64,000 bases of DNA from Dehalococcoidia bacterium (lineage in GTDB: Bacteria > Chloroflexota > Dehalococcoidia > Lucifugimonadales > Australimonadaceae): NCBI GenBank assembly GCA_965249185.1, contig CBDFLS010000002.1, positions 205,594-269,593 on the forward strand, written 5' to 3'. Within the stretch, counting starts at the first letter, position 1. The number at the start of each line of letters is the position of its first letter. Under the pieces are notes generated by a model. It was not told where the DNA came from, made no database searches, and saw only the letters and a list, made by a program, of their open reading frames with translations. This document shows, piece by piece, positions 51,645-60,772 of this stretch. Both the position numbers and the translations under genes were made by a program.

Positions 51645-52385
51645 CTAGCGCGACGAGCCACGTAGCCGCCGCGCCCCCTTCCAGCCCAGCAGCCGCACGC
51701 ACAGCCGGGCCAGCTCGATTCCCTCCCGGGCGCTGGCCTTGGAGCGCCCTCCCATACGGTCGCGGAAGGTAATTGGCCACTCGTAGATGAGGAGGCCAGG
51801 TTCTGTCGCCATCACCTCCACCAAGAACTTGAAGCCCCTCGCCGAGAAGCGGGTGGGCATCTCCTGGAGGACGGCCCGGCGGCAGACCACGAACCCGCTG
51901 AGAATGTCTCTGGCGGGGAGCCGGAGCAGGGCCCGCGCGGCAACGGTGACGACCCGGCTCGTCACCCGCCGGAGAAACGGCCAGTTCTCGATACCGGCGC
52001 CGGCGACGTACCGGGAGCCGATGACGAGGTCGAATCCTTCTTGCGCCTTGGCGAGCATCCCCGGCACATGCGCCGGATCGTGGGAGAGGTCGGCGTCCAT
52101 GACGCACACGTATGCGCCCCGGGCTTCGGCCACTCCTTCAAAGACCGCGCCGGCGAGGCCACGCTTGCCCGGACGGGACCTGAGCCGTAGGCGTGCGTCG
52201 GCGGAGACCAGCCGCTGGACCAGCTCGCCGGTGCCATCGGGGCTAGAGTCGTCGACAACGATGACTTCCAGGGGTATGCCATCGAGGGCTTCCAGCAGGC
52301 GTCCGAGCAGGACTTCGATACTCTCGCGCTCGTTGTAGGTGGGAAGGACGACGGAGAGGAGCGGCGGACGCGAGGCATCGGGCAT
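51645..52385 (-). CDS. family 2 glycosyltransferase (polyprenol monophosphomannose synthase-like)
   Basis: LSVVLPTYNERESI...VVDDSSPDGT...VMDADLSHDP. The start was moved to the ATG at 52385. Confidence 0.8.
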   Translation of the reverse strand: MPDASRPPLLSVVLPTYNERESIEVLLGRLLEALDGIPLEVIVVDDSSPDGTGELVQRLVSADARLRLRSRPGKRGLAGAVFEGVAEARGAYVCVMDADLSHDPAHVPGMLAKAQEGFDLVIGSRYVAGAGIENWPFLRRVTSRVVTVAARALLRLPARDILSGFVVCRRAVLQEMPTRFSARGFKFLVEVMATEPGLLIYEWPITFRDRMGGRSKASAREGIELARLCVRLLGWKGARRLRGSSR

Positions 52386-52458
52386 TTGGGCGGCTCGCCA
52401 TGGGCGGGCCGCCGGCCTCCTGATTGGTCCGGGGCCGCTCATTGCTGCAAGACCCGCG

Positions 52459-53637
52459 TTAGACGAGCTGGCCGGCGGGGGGCTCCACCTGGCGCTGAAA
52501 GCGCTCCAGCACCATGGACAGCGGCCCGCTGTGCCAGTCGAAGGAGGGGGCGGCGGCTGTAAACATACGGCGGAGCACAGGGGTGCGCAGCAGGCGGTGG
52601 AGCTGCTCCACGATGCCCTCCGGCAACTGCTCGCAGACCCGGCGCAGCAGGTAGCCACGCCTTATCTCAGGCCCCATGAGCTCGCGCCAGTGGGCCTCGT
52701 AGCCGCGGAGCGCGGACTCGGAGACGTCACCACGGGTCAACGCCTGGTGGATAGCCTGGTCTGCGACATCCGCCCCCAGCATGGCGAAGTAGATGCCGCC
52801 ACCGGTGGTGGGCTTCACCTGGCTCACGACGTCGCCGACTCCCAGGATGCCGTCGGCCACCGAGCGGTCCGGCATCCGCAGGGGAATGGGGCGGCAGCGG
52901 AATGTCCGTTGCACATCGCCTATCCATCCGCCCTCCTGGAGCCGGCGGATGTGGTCGGCCATGTAGCGCACCGCATGCTTCCGGGTAAGCACGCCCGCCA
53001 GGGCCAGGCCGGGCCTCCAGGGCACGAGCCAGCCATAGCCTCCATGACCCACGGCGCTGCTGCCGGTGAAGATCTCCACTTGGTCCACGGCATGGGCCGT
53101 GACCACGGCCTGACATCCGCTGATGACCTCTCGCACCCGGTCGAAGCCGACGGCCCTGGCAACGGGAGCCCCGAAGCCGGTGGCCATCACCGCCACGCGG
53201 GCAGTGACCCGAGCGGGCCCATCGGCGGCGGCGGCGGTCAACTCCATCCCATCGCCTTGCCATACGACGGAGCCGACATTCATACCGGTGAGCAGGTCCA
53301 CGCCGGCGCTCTCGGCCTCGGCGGCCAGGTGTTGGTCGAGGGCCACGCGGTCCAGAATGTACGCCTGGACCATCTTGCGCCTGACATCGGCCTTACGGCC
53401 CCTGGGAGAGTGCAAGACGAAAGAGTTGGCCGAGTGGAGCACCAGGGAGGCGGGCAGGTTGTACCGCTCCATGCACTCCCTGCTGACGATGCCGGTGCAG
53501 TGCACCGGCCGTCCAACCTGAGGGTCCCGCTCTAGCAGGACCACCTGATAGCCGCGCTCCGCCAGCAGCCTGGCGGTCCTCGAGCCGGCCGGCCCCGCGC
53601 CAACAACCGCCACGTCGTACCGGGAGGGCCTTAGCAC
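52459..53637 (-). CDS. geranylgeranyl reductase family FAD-dependent oxidoreductase
   Basis: YDVAVVGAGPAGSRTARLLAERGYQVVLLERD... . The start is uncertain: GTG at 53637, or the upstream ORF limit at 53745. Confidence 0.7.
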   Translation of the reverse strand: MLRPSRYDVAVVGAGPAGSRTARLLAERGYQVVLLERDPQVGRPVHCTGIVSRECMERYNLPASLVLHSANSFVLHSPRGRKADVRRKMVQAYILDRVALDQHLAAEAESAGVDLLTGMNVGSVVWQGDGMELTAAAADGPARVTARVAVMATGFGAPVARAVGFDRVREVISGCQAVVTAHAVDQVEIFTGSSAVGHGGYGWLVPWRPGLALAGVLTRKHAVRYMADHIRRLQEGGWIGDVQRTFRCRPIPLRMPDRSVADGILGVGDVVSQVKPTTGGGIYFAMLGADVADQAIHQALTRGDVSESALRGYEAHWRELMGPEIRRGYLLRRVCEQLPEGIVEQLHRLLRTPVLRRMFTAAAPSFDWHSGPLSMVLERFQRQVEPPAGQLV

Positions 53638-53797
53638 GGAGTGATACGCTCCTCTTGGGGACTGGGTTTCAGCAAAACGGAGGCGAGACGATAGCCATTC
53701 GAGTATACCAACCAAACAGGGGCGGAGGAAAGCGGTAGCGCCCATTCTCGCTCGATTCCAACTTTACGGGCCCCAGGCAGAGGTCTACACTCTCGGC

Positions 53798-54532
53798 GTG
53801 GCCTCTCACGGACTGGTAGCGACGGCCCTGGTGTTGGCAGGTGGCGCAGGCGAGCGGCTGCGGCCGCTCACCAACGACCGACCCAAGCCGATGGTGCCCA
53901 TCAATGGCAGACCGCTGCTGGAGTACCACCTGCACTGGCTCCGCGACAATGGGGTCAAGCGAGCAGTGCTTCTGGTGGGCTATAAGCAGGAGGCGGTCAA
54001 AGCATACTTTTCCGAACATCGTTTGCCCGGCCTAACGGTGGAGTGTGTGGGTGAGCCCCACCCTCTGGGCAGGGGCGGAGCGCTGCGGCACGGCTTCGAG
54101 CAGGCGGGGCTAACCGACGAGCTGGTCGTGGCGACCAACGGCGATGTGATCTCAGACCAGCCCCTGGCGCCCTTGGCGGAGCTGCACCAGGAGACGGGCG
54201 CCCTGGCGACGGTGATGCTCACGCAGATGGTGAGCCCCTACGGCGTCGTGGAGGTCGATGAGACGGGCCGGGTGCTCCGCTTCGATGAGAAGCCAACGCT
54301 TCCCCACTGGATAAACGCGGGCGCCTATGTGCTGTCGGGGAGCCTGATGGACCATTTCCCCCAGGTGGGAGACCACGAGGCGACGCTCTTCCCGGAGCTG
54401 GCCGCCGAGGGCCGTATCGCGGGATACCGGAGCCATGCGTACTGGCGCTCGGTGGAGACGGCAAAAGACCTGCGGCAGGTGGAAGCGGAGCTTCGGAACC
54501 ACCCGCTGTTCGGGCCGGTCGCCAGGAGCTAA
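53798..54532 (+). CDS. sugar-1-phosphate nucleotidyltransferase
   Basis: ALVLAGGAGERLRPLTNDRPKPMVPINGRPLLEY. Confidence 0.8.
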   Translation: MASHGLVATALVLAGGAGERLRPLTNDRPKPMVPINGRPLLEYHLHWLRDNGVKRAVLLVGYKQEAVKAYFSEHRLPGLTVECVGEPHPLGRGGALRHGFEQAGLTDELVVATNGDVISDQPLAPLAELHQETGALATVMLTQMVSPYGVVEVDETGRVLRFDEKPTLPHWINAGAYVLSGSLMDHFPQVGDHEATLFPELAAEGRIAGYRSHAYWRSVETAKDLRQVEAELRNHPLFGPVARS

Positions 54533-54642
54533 CGGCTCGCGAGAGTATCCGTGGCTGCCTTCTCACTGGTGGCACGCCGTCCCTTGGCCTATAATGCGCA
54601 TGCGTCTGTTGGAGCGGCCCCATGGTGGAGCCGCTCGAGTTT

Positions 54643-54720
54643 CGGGGAGTAGCGCAGCACGGTCAGCGCGCCTGCCTCGGGTGCAGGAGGTCCTGGGTTC
54701 AAATCCCGGCTCCCCGACCA
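54643..54720 (+). tRNA. tRNA-Pro (anticodon CGG), CCA encoded
   Basis: Manual cloverleaf: acceptor CGGGGAG/CTCCCCG, D arm GCGC/GCGC, anticodon arm CCTGC-CTCGGGT-GCAGG, T arm CTGGG-TTCAAAT-CCCGG, discriminator A, CCA. Confidence 0.9.
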
Positions 54721-54908
54721 ACTGTCTCCTGCGTAGTCGCCCACAAACCTCGATGTCCCCTAGCAATTAATAAGCAGCCTTTGATTGCAGGTGGTTTCTA
54801 GCCTGGAATTCCGCTAGGCTATCGGGGAATCTCAGATTGTCTGCGCCAGCGGACAATCCATCGTTAAGTTGGTGCGGCGGATAATAGCGGCCAATCCCAT
54901 TAAAGGAA

Positions 54909-55753
54909 GGGTAAAGTCCCGTTTTAGCCACCGGATTAGCTTTGAAGCAGCTTGAACAATGTCTTAACCTGTTCTGGTCCCAACAGACGCCGATGATTGT
55001 AGCGCCAGACATACTCAGCAAGATAGAGGGGCAGCCGTTCTCGGCGGACTCCCCCTTTGGCTGCCAGACGCCGCTTGAGATAACCCCAGAAGCCCTCCAA
55101 GCCGTTGACGTGGCTCCCTTGCCGATCGCTGAACGCCTGGCTGTGGTCCACAAGCCGGTGGACGTAGCCCCCCGCTGCGACGCCCGTGTAGCTGGTAAAG
55201 GTGTCCGAGCAGACGATGGAGCCACGTTGCACGCGTTGGTGCAGGAGCGGCAGCAGCGTCTTGGCTTCCACGTTAGGTACCACTTGCGCCCACACCAGGC
55301 CACCTCGACACAGGATCCCAAAGACAGCTTGCTTAGTGGTTCCACGGCCCCGCTTCGTGCCCTGAACACGCTTTGCCAGGCGCCTGTTGCGCCAGGAACC
55401 TCCCAGGTAGGTCTCGTCGACCTCCACCACGCCGGAGAAGACATGGGGAACGTCCCGGACCATGGCCTGGCGCACCACGATCAGGGCTCGCAGGACTCGC
55501 TTTCGCTCCAGGCGGGCCTCCTGGGCAATCACCTCGGCACTCTGCCCCAAGACGAACCAGCGCAACAGTCGCCGCCACTCCCCTGGCGACAACCGAAGCG
55601 GCAGCGCCCTGGGCACCCACTCGTAGTGGCAGGCTGCACAACGACTCTTACCTCGCCGAATGCTCCAGCTCTTGGCGTGTTGACATCGAGGGCACCCAAT
55701 CTTCCGTCCCATGCCACCATTCTCTCACAGGTGGCTGTTTTGGGACTATACCC
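54909..55753 (-). mobile_element. compact IS1595-family insertion sequence (845 bp), apparently intact
   Basis: Imperfect 24-bp terminal inverted repeats, GGGTAAAGTCCCGTTTTAGCCACC (54909-54932) and GGTGGCTGTTTTGGGACTATACCC (55730-55753), 18/24 matched. Flanking 7-bp direct repeat AAAGGAA (54902-54908 and 55754-55760). Confidence 0.8.
54936..55712 (-). CDS. IS1595-family (ISXO2-like DDE) transposase
   Basis: N-terminal zinc ribbon CPRC...CAAC, then VVEVDETYLGG...KQAVFGI...IVCSDTFTSY...VNGLEGFWGYLKRRL. Confidence 0.85.
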   Translation of the reverse strand: MGRKIGCPRCQHAKSWSIRRGKSRCAACHYEWVPRALPLRLSPGEWRRLLRWFVLGQSAEVIAQEARLERKRVLRALIVVRQAMVRDVPHVFSGVVEVDETYLGGSWRNRRLAKRVQGTKRGRGTTKQAVFGILCRGGLVWAQVVPNVEAKTLLPLLHQRVQRGSIVCSDTFTSYTGVAAGGYVHRLVDHSQAFSDRQGSHVNGLEGFWGYLKRRLAAKGGVRRERLPLYLAEYVWRYNHRRLLGPEQVKTLFKLLQS

Positions 55754-55851
55754 AAAGGAATATGCTTAGGGTCTTGGAGCAATGCATCCGGGCCCGAAGG
55801 CTCGATGGAGCATCCATTCGAATTCACGAACGAGAACTCTGTGGGTGAGCG

Positions 55852-56748
55852 ATGCCAACACTAGAGGAACGAATCAGGTCGGGTGAGACGGTCATCTTGG
55901 ACGGCGGGATGGGCACGGAGCTCCAACGTAGAGGCGTGCCGATGGACAGCACAGCCTGGAGCGCTACTGCGTTGCTCACCCACCCTGACGTCGTACGCGA
56001 GGCGCACGAGGACTATATCCGTGCCGGCGCGGAGATGATTATCACCAACTCCTTTGCGACGGCGCGCCATGTGTTGGAGGCGATCTCACTGGGCGACCGC
56101 GCTCAGGAGATGAACGCCCGCTCGGTTAAGCTGGCCTTGGAGGCACGAGAGCGCGCCGCCGAAGAGCGGCCGGTATTCGTGGCCGGGTCGATATCGTCAA
56201 ACAGCCCCGGCGCAGATCGGAGTAAGCTGCCCACCGTCGCCCGAGTTGAGGAGAGCTATAGGGAGCAAGCAGGGATCCTAGCCGAGGCTGGAGTAGACCT
56301 GCTGATCCTCGAGATGATGAGCGACATCGATTACACCTCAGCGGCGATGCGGGCGGCCACGTCCACTGGTCTCCCGACCTGGGTGGGCTTTAGCTGCCGC
56401 ATGTCGGACGACGGCTCAACGCCGATGCTATTAGGCGCGGATGAAACGCTGGAGCGGGCGCTGGAGACCATCATGCCGCTAGGCGGGTCGCTGGTAGCGG
56501 TCATGCATACCTTCACCGAAGACACCGGGCCGGCACTGGAAGTGGTTAGGCGAAATTGGGACGGCCCTGTGGGAGCGTACGCCCACACGGGAGGCTGGAA
56601 GATGCCCAACTGGAAATTCGAGGATGTGATTTCACCAGAAGAGTATCTTGCCGCCGCTCAAAAGTGGGTGGGCCAAGGCACTCAGGTCGTGGGAGGCTGC
56701 TGCGGGATGGGCCCAGAGCACATTAGAGTGCTGCGGGAGAGGTTGTAG
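55852..56748 (+). CDS. homocysteine S-methyltransferase family protein
   Basis: VILDGGMGTELQRRG...ITNSF...GGCCGMGPEHI. Confidence 0.85.
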   Translation: MPTLEERIRSGETVILDGGMGTELQRRGVPMDSTAWSATALLTHPDVVREAHEDYIRAGAEMIITNSFATARHVLEAISLGDRAQEMNARSVKLALEARERAAEERPVFVAGSISSNSPGADRSKLPTVARVEESYREQAGILAEAGVDLLILEMMSDIDYTSAAMRAATSTGLPTWVGFSCRMSDDGSTPMLLGADETLERALETIMPLGGSLVAVMHTFTEDTGPALEVVRRNWDGPVGAYAHTGGWKMPNWKFEDVISPEEYLAAAQKWVGQGTQVVGGCCGMGPEHIRVLRERL

Positions 56749-56871
56749 CCACTCCTGAGTTGAATCGCTATGCTTCCATACTTGCTGGCTATAGCTTCCC
56801 GGATCGCATGATTCAGGACATTTCCGCTTGTGGCTACGCTCGGAATTCGGACTTTATCAGCGATCGGCTAG

Positions 56872-57564
56872 TCAGCCACCTAAGAGCGCACGAACCTCTG
56901 ACAGACGAGTAACCTGGGCACCCTGCCAAGGCTCGGGATTATCGTAGAACGGCTCCTTGTCGTGCTCGTACACCGATGGGATTTTGACGGCTGTCATCCC
57001 CAAGCTAGCAGCAGCCGCCAACTCCCCTCCCTGCCCATCAGCAATGTACAAGCAGCGATCGGGTGTGGAAGCGAGCCTTTCGCAACTCAGCTGGAAAATT
57101 CGAACATCCGGCTTCTCCAATCCCTCAGAACACGAAAACAGCGGGACGTCCACTAGAGGGGCGAACTCCGTATCAGGCCAAATGATCGGTATTTCGGGCG
57201 TACAGTTGGATACGAGCCCTACCTTGAGCCCTTGAGCACGGACGTACCGCAGGGTCTCTACCGCATCACGTCGTGGCGTGAGACACTCGCGAGCCCAGTC
57301 GATTCGTATCTTGGCGGCATCAGCAACTTTGCCACCATCGACCGGTTTGCTCAACTCTCGAAGCACGTGCTCTATATTGGCCTCGATAGTTGGGAATATG
57401 CCCTGGTTGCGCTCCCTTCGGCTATTCCTCCACATAACAAGGAGGTCGTCTTCGTCTAGGTCCAAGACAGTTGCGATATCGTTCTGAACAGCTCGCCATG
57501 AGTCGGCGGGGAAAACGTCTACTAGAGTCCCGAAGAGATCGAAAATAACCGCTTTAAAGTTCAC
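56872..57564 (-). CDS. HAD-superfamily hydrolase
   Basis: FKAVIFDLFGTLVD (DxD motif)...VSNC...YIADG. The GTG start overlaps the upstream stop (GTGA). Confidence 0.8.
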   Translation of the reverse strand: MNFKAVIFDLFGTLVDVFPADSWRAVQNDIATVLDLDEDDLLVMWRNSRRERNQGIFPTIEANIEHVLRELSKPVDGGKVADAAKIRIDWARECLTPRRDAVETLRYVRAQGLKVGLVSNCTPEIPIIWPDTEFAPLVDVPLFSCSEGLEKPDVRIFQLSCERLASTPDRCLYIADGQGGELAAAASLGMTAVKIPSVYEHDKEPFYDNPEPWQGAQVTRLSEVRALLGG

Positions 57565-58298
57565 GGCTGATCAAGATATCTGCTTCGAATTTGTTCCATC
57601 GCATCATCTCCTACACCAATCTTCAGCATGTATGCTTTCGCTCCTCCATGCGGTTCCTCAAGGTAATCAAGCGCTGCCTCGATTACCTCGGGGCGGCATT
57701 GCAGGAGATTGGCGTACAGTCGATGGTTAAGGCCACGGCTCTTGCGGTAAGTCTTTAGAGATTCCTGTATGGCGTCCATGCTTCGATTGGTCAGCATGTA
57801 ATCCTCGACTATCGCCTCTCGCGAAACTCCCAGCAGCCGAAGCAAGAGCCCGACAATCATTCCAGTGCGATCTTTCCCGCCCGCACAGTGAATGATGGCG
57901 GGCGGGGTAGCCGGGTCAGCCAAGGCATTGAATATTGCTGCGATGTTTTGTTGGCATCGGTCCAACCAGAAGCGATAGAGCCCGGCCGGTGAATTGTCCT
58001 CTGGGTTTTCGAGCACGGCGTGGTCGGACATCGGAAGATGGTGATAGCGAACTTGCTGATCCTTACCAATTAAATCGGGCCAGTCCTCAATCTCCCGGTC
58101 AATCCTCAAATCGATAATGCTGCTTATGCCAAGAGCTCCTAACTGGTTTTGCCCTTTAGCGGTGAGGTTGTGCAGTCCGTCCGAACGAAACAGCGCTCGC
58201 CATTTGACCGAGCGGCCTTCTTCAGTCAGGTAACCGCCGAGATCGCGGAAGTTGAGAGTGCCTTCTACGATTGGGTATCGTTGATGGGAATCATCCAT
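57561..58298 (-). CDS. protein-tyrosine phosphatase (CX5R type)
   Basis: LNFRDLGGY...IIHCAGGKDRTG. The start was moved to the ATG at 58298. Confidence 0.75.
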   Translation of the reverse strand: MDDSHQRYPIVEGTLNFRDLGGYLTEEGRSVKWRALFRSDGLHNLTAKGQNQLGALGISSIIDLRIDREIEDWPDLIGKDQQVRYHHLPMSDHAVLENPEDNSPAGLYRFWLDRCQQNIAAIFNALADPATPPAIIHCAGGKDRTGMIVGLLLRLLGVSREAIVEDYMLTNRSMDAIQESLKTYRKSRGLNHRLYANLLQCRPEVIEAALDYLEEPHGGAKAYMLKIGVGDDAMEQIRSRYLDQP

Positions 58299-58552
58299 TA
58301 TTGTGGCTCCTGCCAATACAAATCTTAGGCCAATAGGCCAGCCACCTCCTGCAATTATAGTTGCAGCGCCCATTGGATGCTCACGCACTACTGAGACCCC
58401 TCGGAGAGTGGGATAGGATCTCCTTCTTGGCGGAGATGGGGGAGAGTCGATCCCCCATCTCCAGACGCCCCTCGGTAGCGAATGGAACTTTTTGAACCTT
58501 GCGCTCGTCCTTATTGCTGACACCGAAAACTCAGCATAAGGAGGGCGGAGCA

Positions 58553-59125
58553 ATGATTATGAAGAAGTGGATAATTTGGGTTGCTGCCTTAAGTTTGGCT
58601 CTAGGTTCGACCGGAGTCGCCACGGCCCTAGCTCTAACTGGCGACGGTGACGGCGATGATCCGAACATTCCAGCCGATATTGGCGGCGGAATTGGGGATG
58701 GAGCGCCCGGCCTGCCAACCTACGGAGAGTGGCTAACTGAGTTCGGCGATAGCGAAGTCTCGTCAGATGTCCTGACCTACGAAGAGTGGTTGGCCCTTGT
58801 CACTCTTGTAACAACCGTCACCAGCGGAGACAATGACGGCCCCGTGATAGAAATCGTCGTAGTAGGTGAGCACCAATCAGTCCCAGGGGAAGAGGGCGAT
58901 GCAGAGCCGCTCATAGTAGATGGTGAAACTACATACGAGGTGCAATCGTATGAGGAAGCTGTGATTCAGGACTGTGGACTAGCCGGTGGGACTGTTTACG
59001 CTACGTCTGATGGCGAATTAGGGTGCACCATCGCTGACGATGTTGACGGAGTTGGAGAGGGCGAGACGCAAGAACAGCCTCCAACCATAGTTCCCGAGCC
59101 TGAGGTGCTGCCCATTGCTGAGTAG
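58553..59125 (+). CDS. secreted, highly acidic Gly/Asp/Glu-rich protein of unknown function
   Basis: AAGGAGGG SD, signal-peptide-like MIMKKWIIWVAALSLALGSTGVATALA, and an internal TYGEWL / TYEEWL repeat. Confidence 0.55.
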   Translation: MIMKKWIIWVAALSLALGSTGVATALALTGDGDGDDPNIPADIGGGIGDGAPGLPTYGEWLTEFGDSEVSSDVLTYEEWLALVTLVTTVTSGDNDGPVIEIVVVGEHQSVPGEEGDAEPLIVDGETTYEVQSYEEAVIQDCGLAGGTVYATSDGELGCTIADDVDGVGEGETQEQPPTIVPEPEVLPIAE

Positions 59126-59151
59126 GTCAAAAAGATCTTGCTAAAGGAAGT

Positions 59152-59191
59152 GGAAGGGGCCGCCAGTAAAGATCAACTGGCGGCCCCTTCC
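59152..59191 (+). terminator. 16-bp perfect hairpin after the acidic protein gene
   Basis: GGAAGGGGCCGCCAGT-aaagatca-ACTGGCGGCCCCTTCC. No U-tract. Confidence 0.5.
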
Positions 59192-59456
59192 CATCCATTA
59201 GAGATCTCAATTCCGCCATTGAATTCGCCAGCTTCGAAACGCTAGCTCGATTCCCCCGTCACGTCATACATGGGCCATCCGGCTTACCTGCTGAGTTAGG
59301 GATGCAGGATTCTCCCGCTTGTATGAGAGCCACGCCTCAAACGCCTCTCGGGTGGAGGGAACCCGTCTCACAGCCGGCACCCGTTAGTTATCTGGCGAGC
59401 TTTGTTCAGCTACACTTCGCGTCGGTGCTCACCTGTACAAGCAATGGGAGGCAAAC

Positions 59457-60772
59457 GTGGGAAAGAAGGGCAGGCATAGGCTCCAGATGCTTTTTCTGGT
59501 CCTGGGGGTCCTCCTTGTCGTTGCTGCATGCGGCAAGGACGAGAACGACTCTATCTCGGATAGGCCGGTCCAGCTGGTCTACCAGGACTGGCGGACCGAT
59601 TGGTTCCCGGCCATGACGCAGGAGATGCTCGACGAGTTTCACGCGACGCATCCCAACATCAGAGTTTTCTACTCGCCCGATCCTGAGCACCTCGCGGACA
59701 CCATGCTGGCCGAGATGCAAGCGGGCACAGCCCCCGACGTTTTCCAGGGGTGTTGCACGTTTTTCCCCATCTGGGCACAGGAGGGGTTCACGCTCGACCT
59801 TCGTCCCTTTGTTGATTCCGACCTGAGCGAAGAGGCGATCAGCGACTGGGACGAGGCCCAATATCAGTCGTTCTTCACGGCCGATGGCGCCCAATACGGA
59901 CTGCCCAAGTATCACGGAGCCCTGGCCCTCTACTACAACAAGGACCTTTTCGACCGTTACGAGGTCGCCTATCCGGACGGAACCTGGGATTTGGCCGACT
60001 ACCTACGGCCATGAAGCTGTTGACCCACGACCGGGACGGGGATGGCGATACGGACTTGTGGGGCAGCATGATGGATGTCTCCTGGGACCGGGTCCAGGTG
60101 CATGTCAACGCCTGGGGCGGCCACCTCGTAGACCCCCAGGACCCATCGAGCTGCGCCATGGCCGAGCCGGAAGCGTTGGCGGCCATGGAGTGGCTCCGCG
60201 CCCGCATGTGGGACGACAAGGTCATGGCCACGTCCCTTGATGTCCAGCTCATGCGAACTCGTGACGCCTTTGTCACGGGGCGCATCGCCATGGTGGAAGA
60301 TGGCTCCTGGGCCCTCAAGGACATCCTGGCCAACTCCGACTTTAGGGTTGGGGTAGCGCCGTTCCCGGCAGGACCCGCCGGCCGAGTGACCCTTGCCACC
60401 ACGGACGGTTTCGGGATTTACGCCGGCACCAAGCACCCGCAAGAGGCCTGGGAGCTGCTCAAATTCCTCACCAGTAAGGAGTACGGCCTGGCCATGGCGA
60501 AGGCCAACTTCCTTCAGCCGGCCAAGGCGTCGCTGGTGGACGAATGGGCCGACCTGGTCCAGGCTGAGTTCCCCGTGAAAGCGGCGGAAGTGGATATCCC
60601 CGCGTTCGCAGATGGCCATATCAAGGGGTATTCGGTCACCACAGAGGTATTCCCCAATATGGCGGACGCGAAAACAATTGCCTACGCGGCTTGGGACCTG
60701 CTGTTCACGCTCGGTCAGGCTTCAGTGGATGAGTTGGAGGAGGTTTGTTCCCAGATCGAGTCGGCGCAGTAG
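59457..60772 (+). pseudogene. ABC-type extracellular solute-binding lipoprotein (family 1, sugar-type), split by a 1-nt frameshift at ~60005-60014
   Basis: ORF 59457..60014 has a lipobox (VVAACG) and the N-terminal lobe. ORF 60011..60772 continues the same domain (...GTWDLADYLRP* / MKLLTHDRDGDGDTDLWG). The junction is ATGA. Confidence 0.7.

Noticed and set aside
59200-59260. Possible tRNA 3'-end remnant (…gctcgattcccccgtc…) marking the right border of the tRNA-Pro island
   Set aside because: It resembles a T-loop only superficially. There are no complementary T-stem arms and no match to the tRNA-Pro 3' end (GGTTCAAATCCCGGCTCCCCGACCA).
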